Shown: piece after piece, positions 40,552 to 55,797 of the stretch
Position numbering within the stretch: position 1 is the first letter of the stretch
Layout of the letters: every line of letters begins with the position of its first letter
Assembly: GCA_964016885.1 (NCBI GenBank)
Contig: OZ024749.1
Coordinates: 39,618,001 to 39,682,000, forward strand
Length of the DNA: 64,000 nucleotides
Reading direction: 5' to 3'
DNA from: Eledone cirrhosa
Taxonomy: Eukaryota
The notes under the pieces: generated by a model
What the model saw: the letters and a program-made list of their open reading frames with translations, nothing else
What the model was told of the DNA's origin: nothing
Database searches by the model: none
Position numbers and translations under genes: made by a program

Positions 40552-41041
40552 AACACACACACACACTCTCTCTCTCTCTCTCTCTCTCACAAACACACAC
40601 ACACTCTCTCTCTCTCACACACATACTCTTTCTCTGTCATATATATATATACAGACTCACAGATACAGAGATATAGACATACACACATACACACATACAC
40701 ACATACACACACAGAATCACTTACATGCACAAAAAGAGAGAGGGTGGGGGAAGAGTGAGAAAGAGAGAGAGAGAGAGTGAGAGTGAGAGTGAGAATGAGA
40801 CAGAGTGAGAGACTTATACACAGATTCACAGACACACACAGACATACAGATATACTGATAGAACGATAAATGATCACACACGCACATATATACACACATG
40901 TATGGATGCGTATATGTGTACAGTATGTAAGTATATATGTGTGAGGTATATATGCATATGTGTATGTTATACGTACGTATGTGAAACGTGAGAAGTGTAA
41001 TAGATTGCTAAGCATACTGACAGACACACAGACAAGGTAGG

Positions 41042-41072
<31 letters not shown>

Positions 41073-41078
41073 GTAGAT

Positions 41079-41135
<57 letters not shown>

Positions 41136-41324
41136 TAGATCGATAGATAGATAATTAGACAGACAGACAGGTAGATAGACAGATAGAGAGGTGGACAAAC
41201 AGGTAGAAATTGTGGTAGATAGTTAGTGACAGGTAAATAGATGATCATATGATAGATAGGTAGAGACATAGAATAAAGATAGACAGATAGATACACGCTA
41301 GACAGACAGACAGATAGATAGATA

Positions 41325-41535
41325 TGTTTCTTTATTAGCCACAGGGGAACAAAAGTAGGGGACAAATACAAAGGGGGAAGTTTACATACAATAAAAACGT
41401 GTAAAATATTATCACAAATGCAATTTAAAAAATTAGTCGATTTTCCCCAATAGGGGGAGACTTCATATGGGTAACACATACCCCCGAAAAAATGTGAAAC
41501 CCTCATCTCCAGGAGTACGAAGAGTTTGTACCCCT
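41325..41535 (-). mobile_element. Probable LINE 3' end inserted in (GATA)n
   Basis: Non-simple segment ending on the minus strand in AATAAA followed by (TATC)n; GATA repeats on both sides. Confidence 0.4.
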
Positions 41536-41549
41536 AGATAGATAGATAA

Positions 41550-41586
<37 letters not shown>

Positions 41587-41698
41587 GAAACAAGGTGGAG
41601 TGGATTTCATTTAATTACAAAATATATATTTTGTTATAACACTGCGGAATCATGTGCACCTGCACACATAAATACATACATACAGTGAAATATACATA

Positions 41699-41790
<92 letters not shown>

Positions 41791-42094
41791 TAAACATGGG
41801 ACTCTGTTGATTGTTTATAATCCTTACTTTCGTTTTAAAAACAAGTCACTGTAATAACAGTTAAGCTGAACAATATATATATATATATATATATATATCA
41901 TTCAGCTTATATATATATATATATATATCATTCAGCTTATATATATATATATATATATACTTATATACATACACGAACACCTATATAGAAATATATAATT
42001 TAGCCACTGAGGTAGCTGTGATATGATCACGGCGTAAGGTACCATAGCGAGCCTTATGTATGTTTATCATACATAAACATATTGTTTACGCTTC

Positions 42095-42134
<40 letters not shown>

Positions 42135-43061
42135 TGAGTGTGTGTACAAGGTTATCGAAATAGCGTTGTAGGTAAAAATACTTAGTAATAAAGAAACTAA
42201 ATCGGAGGGGATATTCCAAAAGGTTTTTATCGGTTCGTTCTTCCGTACTTTCATTCTAACAATCGCTCGTTCTCTCATCTCTCATTCTTTCATTCTCTCA
42301 TTCCCATTTTCCCATTCCATACTCGTCTTTTCCTCTTCGTCTTCTACTGTTTCATTTTCATGTATTTCTTTTCCCGTCATCAACGTGACACACACACACA
42401 CACACACACACACACAGCATATATATATATGATGACATGTTGAGTGAAAGCAGCTAGTTTATAACCGTCAGCAGTCACAAGAGACACACATATCTTTACA
42501 GATGTCATCTCCGGATCTCAGGATCTCAAGTTATCTTTCCTACACAAGCTAGCAAGAAAGAAGAAAAAAAATACAGCTAAACGATTACCTAATAGTCCGC
42601 TAACCCCACTTCACTCTCGCTTCCCTATCAACATTCCTTCTCTTCATCTTCTAAGATACTCCTTCTTTCTCTCCCACCCCCTCTCCCCTTTCTCTTTCAT
42701 TTTCTTCGCTTTTCTTGAGTGTGTATGTATGTATGTATGTATGTATGTATGTATGTATGTATGTATGTATGTATGTATGTGTGTGTGTGTGTGTTTGTGT
42801 TTGTGTGTGTGTCTGTTGGTATGTATCTGGCACTCTGGCACTACATTAAGATGTCACCTGTGCGACAACACTGAAGGTGCAAAAAAACAACAACAAAAAA
42901 CCCTCATACGTACAAGGCGAAGAAACTAGTTGCAGAAGTGACGAAAAAGATTTTGAAATACAAACCCACGAATAAAAAGAACTAATGGATTAAAGAATAA
43001 AACATTTCCTGAAATCAGAAGGAATAGAATATAATAAAGGGAAAACTGGGGGAATCCTTAC

Positions 43062-43296
43062 CATAATTGCCTTGTTTCGATTTGGTTCCAAAATACCAAC
43101 CAACGACAGCGGCCACGGCAAGTAAAATGATACACAGACGTTTTATAGAGACCACCAAGAATTTGCGACACCTTGGACTAGTCAAAGTGGCTTGAATCTT
43201 ATGTCCACTGCTATGACTCATTCCATCGATTGGTAACAAGGTAGCATTGGTCGGTGCTGCTTTAAGATCTTGTTGTGAATCTCCGGCCTCCATCAT
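43062..43296 (-). CDS. Putative first coding exon of a host gene: type II membrane protein N-terminus (cytoplasmic tail plus signal-anchor)
   Basis: Non-repetitive 78-aa frame MMEAG...RCRKFLVVSIKRLCIILLAVAAVVGWYFGTKSKQGNY; basic residues precede the hydrophobic stretch; in-frame stops upstream of the ATG; ends at G|GTAAGG (phase 1). Confidence 0.6.
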
Positions 43297-44584
43297 ATTT
43301 CACAGTCACTGTTGTTGTTGTTGTTGTAGTTGTTGTTGTTGTTGTTGATGATGATGGCGATGATGATGATGATGATGACGATGATAGTGATGTGATGGTG
43401 ATGGTAATGATGTTGTTGATAATATTTGTGTATGTGTATGTGTATGTGTGTATATATGTGTTGGTGGTCGTCGTTATGTTGTCCGTGTTATTGATGTTGT
43501 TGTCCAAGTGTCTCTGTGTTGTTGTTGCTGCTGTTGTTGTTACTGTTGTTGTTATTGGTATTATTATTCCCGATAATTAGACACGCAGCCGACAACGAAA
43601 GAAGAATTTCTCTGTTAGTGGCTAACATCTGTTATATTGATAATATTGTTGTTTGTTATGTATGTATGTATGTTTTGTTTGTTGTTTGTTGTTGTAATGC
43701 TACTAAATGTAATTACGATTGTATTGTTGTTGTTGTTGTTGTTGTTGTGAGGCTGCTGCTAAATGTAAGTTATTATGCTTACTGTGCTTGTTGTTACTGT
43801 TGTTGTTTGTGTTGTTGTTGTAAGGCTGCTGCTAGTCGTGAGCTTTTATTACTATTGTACTTGTTGATGTTGTCAGAGTTTTTTTTTTCTTTTTCTTTTA
43901 AAGAAATGTATATAATATATATAAAAATTGGATTAACGGATTAAACGGATTAGCGAGTAACAATAGCTAGAACAACGGGGAGTTGATCTTTGTACTTCAA
44001 CGATAGTTGTTGTCTGGAGCGGCAGAAGTCATTCGTTGGTGGTGGTCATGGTAGTGGTGGTGGTGGTGGTGGTAATCTTGGTAGTGGTACTGCTGGTGTT
44101 GTTCTTTGAAATGGTGACAAATATTCACGTCAACTGTGACCATGGAAAAGCCAATAGTAGTGGTGATGGTGATGGTGGTGGTGGTGGTGATGGTGGTGAT
44201 GGTGGTGATGGTGGTGGTGGTGGTGTTGATGGTGGTGGTGAGGGTGTTGATTGTTTTGCTAGTGGTGGTGGTGGTGGTGGCGGCGGCGGCGGCGGCGGTG
44301 TTGATGGTTTTGTTAGTGGTGATAGTAGTGGTGGTGGTGATGGTTGAGTTGTGGATTGTGACAAGGATGGAGATCGGTGATGTTGATGGTGGTGATGGTG
44401 GTGATGAGGGTGATGGTGATGATGATGATGATGATGAGGATGATGAGGATGACGGTGGTGGTGGTGGTGGTGGTGCTGGTGGTGATGCTGGAGATAATGA
44501 TGATGATAAATATCTTGATTAAGGTGATAGTTCACGAGCATTTGTTTCACCTAGAGTTTCCCCATTTCAGTCACGCTAGTGCGT

Positions 44585-44597
44585 ACTGAACTGATGA
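44585..44597 (-). promoter_or_regulatory. Possible Inr-like transcription start (TCAGTT) for the minus-strand gene
   Basis: 'catcagttcagta' on the minus strand, near locally CpG-containing unique sequence about 1.3 kb upstream of the ATG; motif match only. Confidence 0.2.
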
Positions 44598-44889
44598 AGT
44601 GGATTGAGTGAGAGATAGAGAGAGGAAGGGAGGAGAGAGAGAAAGAAAAAACATTGAGGGAGAAGTAGAGAGAGAGTGACATACAGAGAGAGTGGGAGAG
44701 AAAGAGCGATATACATATAGAGAGAGGGGGAGTAGTAGAAACAGGAGGAAGATAAGGTGGTGGCGGGTGTAGCGGCGATGGCATCAAGCAACAGAACAGA
44801 TGTAAGTCTCGTGCTTCTAAATGAATCAGAAACCGTGAAAGAACGAAGGAAGAAACGAGGGAAGGTGATAAATAGATAGATAGATAGAT

Positions 44890-44941
<52 letters not shown>

Positions 44942-45709
44942 TGAGAGAGAGAGCGACAGAGACAGAGATAGACAGATAGCTAGAAAGAGATGGATAGATA
45001 GATAGCTGGAGAAAGATGGGAAAATAAATAGGTAGCTAGAGAGATAGATTGATAGATAGGTGTGAAGGCAGATAGGTAGATAGAGATAAATAGATAGATA
45101 GATAGATAAATAAATAGATAGATAGATAGAAAGATAGATAGGTAGATAGGTAGATAGAACCAGATGGAGAAAGAGACAGGGATAGAGAAAAGGGTAGAAC
45201 TATAGAGAGATAGAATGAGACAGAGAGAGAATTTACGTGACGGATAGAGAACTAATTATTATTGTTCTTTTGGGAAAAAAAATGGAAAGACAGATTATAA
45301 AAATACCTAGGTAGTCAATACAATCATCTTGACTGGCACACCGGTGATAATCATCGAAAAATGTAAAGGATTTCTTCAGTTTAAAAAGGGAAGAAGCCAA
45401 AGTTGGCCGACTGATTCACTGCTGCAAGCTCCATTATCAAGAAGTGTCACCATTTCGCTATATATACATAAATTGTGAATTCTTAAGTACCTGATGCTTG
45501 CACACACAGACAGGCAATATTGCTTGCGTTCGGTTTTATTTTTAACTATTATATATATATTACTATTATTATATCTTTCTCTTTAAACATTTTTTTCTTT
45601 TATGTCTTTTTCTATAGAATGCCGGTCTCAATATGGCGATTTTATATATAAATGTCATTTATATATACTTTTGGATACAATATATAGTATGAACATAGTA
45701 TATATATAA

Positions 45710-45765
<56 letters not shown>

Positions 45766-45834
45766 ACTTATATATTATGGAATACTGTTGGCTTTTCGCT
45801 ACAATGTTTTCTATACCTTTCATTTATATATATA

Positions 45835-45909
<75 letters not shown>

Positions 45910-46410
45910 GAGAAAAAGAAAGGGGGGAGATAGAGAGGAAGAGAGGGGTAGATAGGGAGTGAACGTAAGAGAAGATACATCCATTTTCACGCCACAAGTG
46001 GGGGTGCTGGAGATTCCCTCTAAGGGCCCATATACGTCTTATATGACGATTAAATATACTGAGAAAAGAGAATTTCGGAGTTGTATATTGTCTGGCAAGT
46101 GACTTGATCTTTGATCTGAGGACACGTGTTGAAACAATAGCAATGACTTCAAAGAAAAGTCATTTTTGTCATTAAAAAACAACAACAATAACTATTAACT
46201 TCCCTTTATATTTATCATTTATTTCTTTGAGTCAGTGACCAGGTCGCAAACAGTGCGACGAAAATTTTGACACCAAAAACGAAATGTAAAAGTAAAGTGA
46301 ATTTAATAGGTTTTGTGTGTTTTTCCATGGCTAAAATTAACCCTTCCACGATGTACTTGTTTGGAAAAGAGTATTGAATTCTTGAAATTCAACCGTATTT
46401 TGTTAGGAAT

Positions 46411-46494
<84 letters not shown>

Positions 46495-46720
46495 AAGAGA
46501 GAAAGGAGTTGAAGGACAGAGAGAGTCAACGAGAGAGAGAGAAGGGGAGAGATAGCGGGGGAGAGATAGAGAAAGATGTAACCTGCTCCTCCATCATCTA
46601 AGAACTACACGCAAAATATCACCTGCACTTCTTATATTTTCTTCTTTCACTCCATATCCATCGACCGTTCTCTCTTTAAAGTCTCTCATAAACTTTTCTC
46701 TCTCTATCTCTGCCTCTCTC

Positions 46721-46790
<70 letters not shown>

Positions 46791-46931
46791 TCTCTCTCTC
46801 TCAATCATCCCCCATATATATGAATTATTTGGGTTTACTTTATTATATTTAAGTGGATATAATCTGTTACATATTACGTAAGAATTTCGTATGTGAAGTG
46901 AAATATATATATATATATATATATTATATGT

Positions 46932-46967
<36 letters not shown>

Positions 46968-47043
46968 CTCTACTAACGTGTTTAGTACCTTATTAAACTG
47001 GATTTTTTCCGATCCTTTTTTGAAAATCATCCTTATATATATA

Positions 47044-47240
47044 TAACGAAGGAAATGTGGTAAGGAACCAGGTGGACCATAACGCACCAAAGTACTCAAT
47101 ACTTGAGGTAGTAGAGTGGGTAATAGGAACCAGTAAGACCCCGACAGCTGAGCTCAAGCCGTTTCGACGGCTAATTCTGGACGCCGTCCAGAATTAGCCG
47201 TCGAAACGGCTTGAGCTCAGCTGTCGGGGTCTTACTGGTT

Positions 47241-47245
<5 letters not shown>
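47044..47245. mobile_element. pLTR-like unit ending in a ~120-bp near-perfect palindrome
   Basis: 47122-47182 is mirrored at 47186-47245 around 'gacgccgtc'; flanked by (TA)n. Confidence 0.7.
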
Positions 47246-47288
<43 letters not shown>

Positions 47289-47378
47289 GGTGGGTGTGTG
47301 TGTGGGTGTGTGTGGAGAGAGAGAAAGAGGGGGAGCGAGAGATAGATAGATATATAGATAGACAGACAGATAGATAGA

Positions 47379-47428
<50 letters not shown>

Positions 47429-48486
47429 GAGAGAGAGATTAATTTAATTCTAAAATGGCACAGTATGCATGGTTGTAAAATAGGTTCCATTGGCATGGAG
47501 TAGAAACGAAACAAAATTGGTAAAGTTGTTAGAGTATCAGGTGAAATGCTTTGCAGTATATATATATTCCGACTCTCTGTGATCTGAGTTCAAATCTCAT
47601 CGAGGTCAACTTTACCTTTCATCCTTTCAGGGATTGATAAAATAAGATATATTACGAGGCCAGGGTGATGGATTATTGGAATCATTTTAGAGTTTTCGGA
47701 TATGTCTTGCATTACTTGATCCGACACTTTGAATCTTAAGTTCAAATCCCGCTATCGCCTACATTTGTGGTGGAACTTAATACATAACCCGGTTTAACTC
47801 TACCACCTGGCCCTTGGGTGTTGTTAGATTTAATCCGTCACCATCAACTTCATCATCTGACTCTTTGGTGGAAGGCTTAATCCGTGGCTCAGTATAACTC
47901 GGCCACATGGTCAGTGGGTGTCTTTACTGGAGTTCAATCTGTTGCAAGCAATCTGCCGAGGTCTCAGGTTTGAGTATAGCTTCATCACCCATACCCTCCC
48001 ACCAGTCTCAGAGCCCCTGTACAGATTTGTGGGTGCTGCCCCGTCCTCCCACCAGTTTCAGATGTCCCGAAAAGAGTTGTGGGCGCTGGTTTTCCTTCTA
48101 TGATTAAACAGTAAAAAAAAAACAACAACAAAAAAAAGCAAGAAGATCCAGCCGGATCAATTGGAGACTGCTGCTTCTGACAGGAGCCACAGCAACGCGT
48201 GCTTGAGGACTTAGTCCCCGCGAACCTCCCAGAAATAAGTGGCCGAAGAAGAAGAAGAAGGTTTCACAGTTCTTAAAAATTAACGAGAGTTTAATTAGCT
48301 TAAAGAGTTGATTCAACTCCTTCAGTGAGTATAACTTGGAGAAGTTTACCCTCGCTAGTTTAACCCTGTCACCACCACCAAAAGAACCTCTTCTTTCTCG
48401 GATACATATATACACACATACACATACTCACATATATACAACATACACACACACAGACACACGTACATACATACATACATACATAC

Positions 48487-48730
48487 ATGGTGGCTGCCAA
48501 CTCGTTTTCGAGTACGGCCACTACTTTATATCCATGTAGGAGAACCCCTACCGATGCGCTGAACGAGTGTGACTTTTTAGTCCAGCCAGCGACTTGAAAA
48601 CTCTGGTACAAAGACTACACTTGTGACCATTATTGACACAGTGCTGGGCCCATGGTACCATGTGATGACAAGTGCAGAGAGATCTCCAGATATAAAGCAA
48701 TGCCTGTGCTGTGAAGCTTTTATAGTGAGC
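48487..48730 (-). mobile_element. 3' fragment of the RTE-like element, in (TACA)n
   Basis: Reverse complement of ~34558-34805. Confidence 0.75.
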
Positions 48731-49028
48731 ATACATACATACATACATACATACATACATACATACATACATACATACATACATACATACATACATACAT
48801 ACATACATACCATTCTTGCGATTCAAGGGACGACAATTTCTTTTCTTTTACAACCTTGCCACCAGGAAGGTGGCCGGTCAAAAAAATATACTCGAAATTA
48901 AGAGAAAGAGAAAACATACATACATACATATATGTATGTATGTAAAAACTAAACAGAAATAACAACACAATCGGTACAGTATATGGAAGGGATATATTAG
49001 GTTAACGCTTGATATAGCAGGAAGAGGG

Positions 49029-49064
49029 TCTTAACGTTTCGGACGCTAGTCCTTCATCAGAAAA
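49029..49064 (-). ncRNA. Minimal PLE-type hammerhead motif
   Basis: Minus strand: tttt CTGATGA a ggac-tagc-gtcc GAAA cgtt aaga; AACGTT palindrome; weak stem I. Confidence 0.55.
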
Positions 49065-49180
49065 AAGAATGAGAAATAAGATAGATTGAGGGGACGGGGG
49101 TGGGGGGGTGGCTGCCCCCTCGTTATCGAGTATGGCATATATACATACACACACTCACATATATATAACATATATGTATG

Positions 49181-49277
<97 letters not shown>

Positions 49278-49304
49278 ATTTAAAACTGCACTATCCACAA
49301 GTGT

Positions 49305-49504
49305 NNNNNNNNNNNNNNNNNNNNNNNNNNNNNNNNNNNNNNNNNNNNNNNNNNNNNNNNNNNNNNNNNNNNNNNNNNNNNNNNNNNNNNNNNNNNNNNN
49401 NNNNNNNNNNNNNNNNNNNNNNNNNNNNNNNNNNNNNNNNNNNNNNNNNNNNNNNNNNNNNNNNNNNNNNNNNNNNNNNNNNNNNNNNNNNNNNNNNNNN
49501 NNNN
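49305..49504. other. Assembly gap (200 N)
   Basis: Run of n. Confidence 1.
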
Positions 49505-49596
49505 AGCTAGCTAACCACACACACACCCACGCACACACACACACATATATATCCTTATGTACGAATAAGTACGTCAGTACCTAATAGCCGCAACTG

Positions 49597-49647
<51 letters not shown>

Positions 49648-50019
49648 TATATATATATATATATTTCCTCTAGTACATAGTGTAGAAAGTATATATTCCA
49701 ACAACTATATATTGTGTTTATTTCCACAGCTATACATTATTTATATATATGTGTGTATGCATGTATGTATGTATGTATGTATGTATGTATGTATGTATGT
49801 ATGTATGTATGTATGTATGTATGTATGTATGCATGCATGTATGTATGTATGTATGTATGTATGTATGTATGTATGTATGTATGTATGTAGCGTACGATTA
49901 TTTATTTCAAATATAAAAATATACAAAAGCTAGCTAACCACACACACACCCACGCACACACACACACATATATATCCTTATGTACGAATAAGTACGTCAG
50001 TACCTAATAGCCGCAACTG

Positions 50020-50134
<115 letters not shown>

Positions 50135-50180
50135 GAAACGACAGGAGGCTGGACTTGTGTAAATCCTTGAAAGGTTTATT

Positions 50181-50238
50181 ATACTATGATCATTTCAATG
50201 ACCGGGTTCCGTATGAATCCGGTGATATCATCAGGTAT
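50181..50238 (-). ncRNA. Hammerhead, family 2 (best-preserved copy)
   Basis: Minus strand: atac CTGATGA tatcaccggattc-atacg-gaacccggtcatt GAAA tgatca TA gtat. Confidence 0.78.
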
Positions 50239-50263
50239 TCGAAATATTTGATGATATCACCGG

Positions 50264-50335
<72 letters not shown>

Positions 50336-50340
<5 letters not shown>

Positions 50341-50517
50341 TCTACTTTAGGCACAAGGCCAGCAAATCACCAGTACATTACTGGTACTTTATTTTATCGA
50401 CCCCGTAAGGATGAAAGGCAAAGTTAACCTCGACGGATTTGAACTCAGACAGTAAAGGGACGTAACTATGCTAGAAAGCATGGCGTCCAACCCTCTACCG
50501 ATACTGCAAATTCACCG
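50336..50517 (-). mobile_element. SINE family A
   Basis: Matches the other family A copies. Confidence 0.85.
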
Positions 50518-50576
50518 TCTTTAAATATTAAAATATATATATTAAAATTACTGGTGTAAATCCTCGAAAGTTTATT

Positions 50577-50633
50577 ATACTATGATCATTTCAATAACCG
50601 GGTTCAGTATGAATCCGGTGACATCATCAGGTA
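50577..50633 (-). ncRNA. Hammerhead, family 2 (second copy at this locus)
   Basis: Minus strand: tac CTGATGA tgtcaccggattc...gaacccggttatt GAAA tgatca TA gtat. Confidence 0.7.
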
Positions 50634-50784
50634 ATTCAAAATATAACGAAGGAATATAACAGATAAAATCCATGGTACTGAAAATCATGGTTGTGAGAAT
50701 CAGAGACAGCTGGCTCTGAACTCACTAACAGCCAGTAAAAGTCTTAGGAACTATCACCCCAACCTCCCTCGCAATCTTGACCTG

Positions 50785-50887
<103 letters not shown>

Positions 50888-51059
50888 GACACAGACACAC
50901 ACACACACACACACACAAACATACGCACCGTCACTAAACTCCTTCACTACTATCAGAATACGAACTGACTCAACTGATTCGAAACATTTACCTACCTAAC
51001 TAACCGACGCACACACACACACACACACATAGGCATACACTTTCTCACACAAATAAATG

Positions 51060-51094
<35 letters not shown>

Positions 51095-52038
51095 ACACTT
51101 TCCTCCTCGCACACACACACATACACCCTTACACACACCCTTACACATATTCATGCACACACACACACGCGTGCGCGCGCGCACGTACACCTCACACATA
51201 TACACGCATACACAACACGGACACATACACACAGACACTTACACACATTCTCGCACACACACACACACACACTTACACACATTCACGCGCCCCCACACAC
51301 ACACACATGCATTCGTTCATTCCACAACTCCATAATACTATGACTGTGGTCAGGTTACATCAACCTTAATGTGCTACACATTATGTCACATCACATTACA
51401 TCCTGGTTACTTCACTTCTATAGAAGGTTCCCATCGGCTGCCATTTTTCTTCATATTTCAAGAAAGCAGACGATCATACGCAGTACACTGTGATATACGA
51501 CTCGACTAACTGAAATACGAAACGACGGCTTCGACATCGTTCTTCAGTAAGCTATTGGTAGGATTTGTATCAATGGGTCAGGTGAGTGGATTCCTGATTG
51601 GTCGATAATAGTCACAGCAATACAACTGACTAATCGATAGTGTTAGTTTTGTTTTGTTATATTTTATTTGATTCTGCTTGATTAGATTTCATCATCCTTG
51701 AATATCCGAGTATCTATGAGTGTAATGTAGTTAGATATGTATGTGTGTATGTATGTAGTTAGATATGCATGCATGTATGTATGTATGTATGTATGTATGT
51801 ATGTATGTATGTATGTATGTATGTATGTATGTATGTATGTATGTATGTATGTATGTATGTATGTATGTGTGCGTATATATATATTCATATATATATATAT
51901 ATAAAGATAGATAGAGTCTGCGGTGCTGAGACCGAGGAGACCACAAATCATGTGAGTATTCGATACATGGGGAGATGTAGAGTGGTATAGAGTTTTGTTG
52001 AATCCCGACCGCGGCGTTGCGGTCCGGATTCTACACAA

Positions 52039-52204
<166 letters not shown>

Positions 52205-52305
52205 CGAAGGAGTTGTGGTAAGGAACCAGATGGACCATAACGCACCAGAGTACTCAATACTTAGGGTAGTAGAGTGGGTAATAGGAGGATATATATATAT
52301 ATATT

Positions 52306-52341
<36 letters not shown>

Positions 52342-52959
52342 CATATGTATGCGCGTGTGTTTGTGTGTGCGTTATATTTTTGAGAAGGATACTTTAATTA
52401 CCATTGCTCTAGTCCACTTAACTAAAAAAAGAATGAATTATACCTCCCATTCAAAGAGCCAGCCTTGAGAACAACGTTAAAGGAGCACATATCTGTGGAA
52501 TGCTCAGCCACTAGCCCATTAATTTCATGAGCAGTCATTAGAACTGACATATGTCTAAGAATGTCTAACAAAGATGACAGAATCCACCCAACACACTCAA
52601 CCACCATACACAGCAAAAGGAAGCAGCCTTCCTTGTGTGTTGTAAAAATCCCAATCATTATAAAATTAAACAGCCAAGCTTAATGACACGATAGTTTTTA
52701 ATTGCATTGAACCTTTGAAAACAGCTCAGAAATGGCTTCTAGAAATTTATTTTTCCTTTCAACAATTCTCCATTAATATTAATTTTTGAATGAATTGCTC
52801 GTGCCTGCCTCACAAACATATTTCGTTAATTATGTATTTTCTCTTAGACAGCTAAAAATAGTTGGTGTTTTCATTCTAAAACAAGAAGCTCTAATACAAA
52901 TGTGATATTACCATAAAGCTTTGCAAATTTCTATAACAGTCGAGAAATATTGCCAGGAT

Positions 52960-53500
52960 AAGCCATCCCAAACCATACCATACCAAGCCCTACCAAGCCA
53001 TACTATTTCAGGCCATACCATACTAAGCCATACCATACCATATCACAACATACCATATCACAACATACTAAGCCATACCATACCATACAAAGCTCTAGCA
53101 AGCCATACTATACCATACCAAGCTCTAGCAAGCCATACTATACCATACCAAGCTCTAGCAAGCCATACTATTCCAAGCCGTACTATACTATACTAAGCCA
53201 TACCATACCATACCATATTAAGCCATACTATACCATATTAAGCCATAACATATCGCACCATACTAAGCCATACCATACCATACTAAGCTATACCATACCA
53301 TATTAAGCCATACCATACTATACTAAGCCATACCATATTAAGCCATAACATATCACACCATACTAAGCCATGCCATATTAAGCCTTACCATACCACTCCA
53401 AGCCTTACCATATTACTCCAAGCCTTACCATATCATATTAAGCCATACTATATCACACCATAATAAGTCATACCATACCAAGCCGTACCTAGCCAAGTCA
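52960..53500. repeat. (CCATA)/(AGCCATACTATA)-type degenerate satellite
   Basis: Read directly. Confidence 0.9.
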
Positions 53501-53619
53501 TGTATGACTAAACTAAGCGAACGAATAAAAAACCCAACCCATAAGAAGCCATGTCATATCAAGCCTGGTATTCAGACCAAGCCAGGCGAAACCATGTCAT
53601 ACTAAACATGATCATGCTA

Positions 53620-54032
53620 AACCAGTCCATGCCAATCCACGCCAGTCCACGCCAATCCGTGCCAGTCCACGCCAATCGACGCCAGTCCACACTAATCGAT
53701 GACAGTCCACGCCAATCGACGCCAGTCCACACTAATCGATGACAGTCCACGCCAGTCCACACCAATCCACACCAATTCACGCCAGTCCACGCCAGTTCAC
53801 GCCAGTCCACGCCAATCCACACCAATCTACGCCAATTCACACCATTCCACGCCAATCTACGCCAAACCTCACCAATTCACACCAACCCAAGCCAGTTCAC
53901 ACCAATCCACACCAATCCACGCCAATCCACGCCAACCCACACAAATCCAAGCCAGTCTACGCCAGTCCACGCCAGTCCACGCCAGTCCACGCCAGTCCAC
54001 GCCAGTCCACGCCAGTCCACCTCAGTCCACGC
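53620..54032. repeat. 10-bp minisatellite (gccagtccac)n
   Basis: Read directly. Confidence 0.92.
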
Positions 54033-54137
54033 TATTTCAAGTCATTTTTTCCCCTTTCTATTATATTCCACTTCGTAATTAACAATTCCTTCAAGAGGAA
54101 ACACAAAAGTATTAAGTTATTCCTATATATGTATATA

Positions 54138-54920
54138 ATCATGTGATATTGTTGAGCCATTAGTCATATGATATCATTATCATGTGATATCGTTGTTCCA
54201 TTAGTCATATGATATCATTAGCATGCGATACCGTTGATCCATTAATCAGGGTGTCACGATGTCATCGATCCATTTTTAATGGTAGCATGTGATATCCAGG
54301 ATCCATTATTCATCACATCACATGGTTTTGTGGATCGATCAACCATATGATATCATCCGATGTTCTCGTTCCATTTTCCATCACGCCATACGATATAGTG
54401 GATACATTACTCGTATGATGGGATGATACTGTTGATTCGTTAATAATATGATCACGTGATATCATCGACCTATTAATTATATAATATAATATAATATTAT
54501 ATTATATCCTAAGACACCGTTGATCCACTAGCCTTATGGTGTAATGATATCGTCGATACACTGGTCCAATGATTCGTTTATCAACTAGTCATTTGATATC
54601 ATGATATAATATTGTTGATTCATTAGTTATATGATGAACGATGTCATTGAATCCACCCTCATATCATATCATATAGTATCTTTGATCTATGCATCATGCG
54701 ATATATAATGTCATTGTAGCCACTAGTCATATAATATGATGTCGTTGATCCATTAGTCATATAATATCAATGATATCATTGACCCACTAGTTATAACATG
54801 TCATACGACACTGTTACTCACTAGTCATGTGATATATATATAGTATAGACCCCTTTATAAGATATATTATCATACCATTAATCCCCATGATATGATTTAT
54901 GATATCTTTAATCCATTAGA
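54138..54920. repeat. Old, highly diverged ~40-bp tandem repeat
   Basis: Recurring 'tgatatc.ttgatcca[tc]tagtcatatga' variants. Confidence 0.7.
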
Positions 54921-55260
54921 CATTGGGTGGTAGACTTAATATATCGCACGGTTTAATATTACCACAACACCTTTGGGGTGTTTTCATGGAATTTACTGCT
55001 AAAAATAGTTGGTGAGGGTTTGTAGTTTTAAGATAGTTTTCTCCTTCCCTCCCACAATCTCGGAAGCCCCGAAAAGGATCATAGATACCACCCTTCTCTC
55101 CCTCACTAAATAGTGAAAAACAGAAAAGCGTGATAATGTTGATCCACTAGATATTCACACTTTCGTATCCGTATTACCAGTAATTTAAGTAGGGATCATA
55201 TTCTAAGTCTTTACAGCCACACCTACAGTGGTATGTGGCTTCTAGATTGGTGAAGCAAAT

Positions 55261-55448
55261 AATTGTTTCTACTTTTGGCACAATGCCAGCAATTATCCCA
55301 GTGTATTACTGGTACTTTATTTTATCGACCCCGTAAGGATGAAAGGCAAAGTTAACCTCGGCGGGATTTGAACTCAGACCGTAAAGAGGCGTAACTCTAT
55401 GCTGCAAAGCATGGCACCCGACCCTCTACCGATACTGCCAATCCACCG
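55261..55448 (-). mobile_element. SINE family A
   Basis: Matches the other family A copies; possible TSD gcaaataat. Confidence 0.87.
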
Positions 55449-55659
55449 CAAATAATATAAGTTATTTTCGATATGTATTACTGCAAATCAAGAGACTCAA
55501 ACACATATTGGTATTATGTTCTGTTAGATATCTTGGTAATAAATGGTGAATAGTACGAATGATTTATTCGAGTTGGTTAACGTGAGTTATGGGTGTGCTT
55601 GAATGGCAGGTTCAAGTATTATTGGTGGTGGCATTAGAAGAGGGAGAGGGACAGAGATT

Positions 55660-55724
<65 letters not shown>

Positions 55725-55797
55725 TGAGAGAGAATGAGTTGGGGTGAGGAGAAATGTAGAGGGAGATAGATAGATAAAGAGAGGAGACCAATTATTG

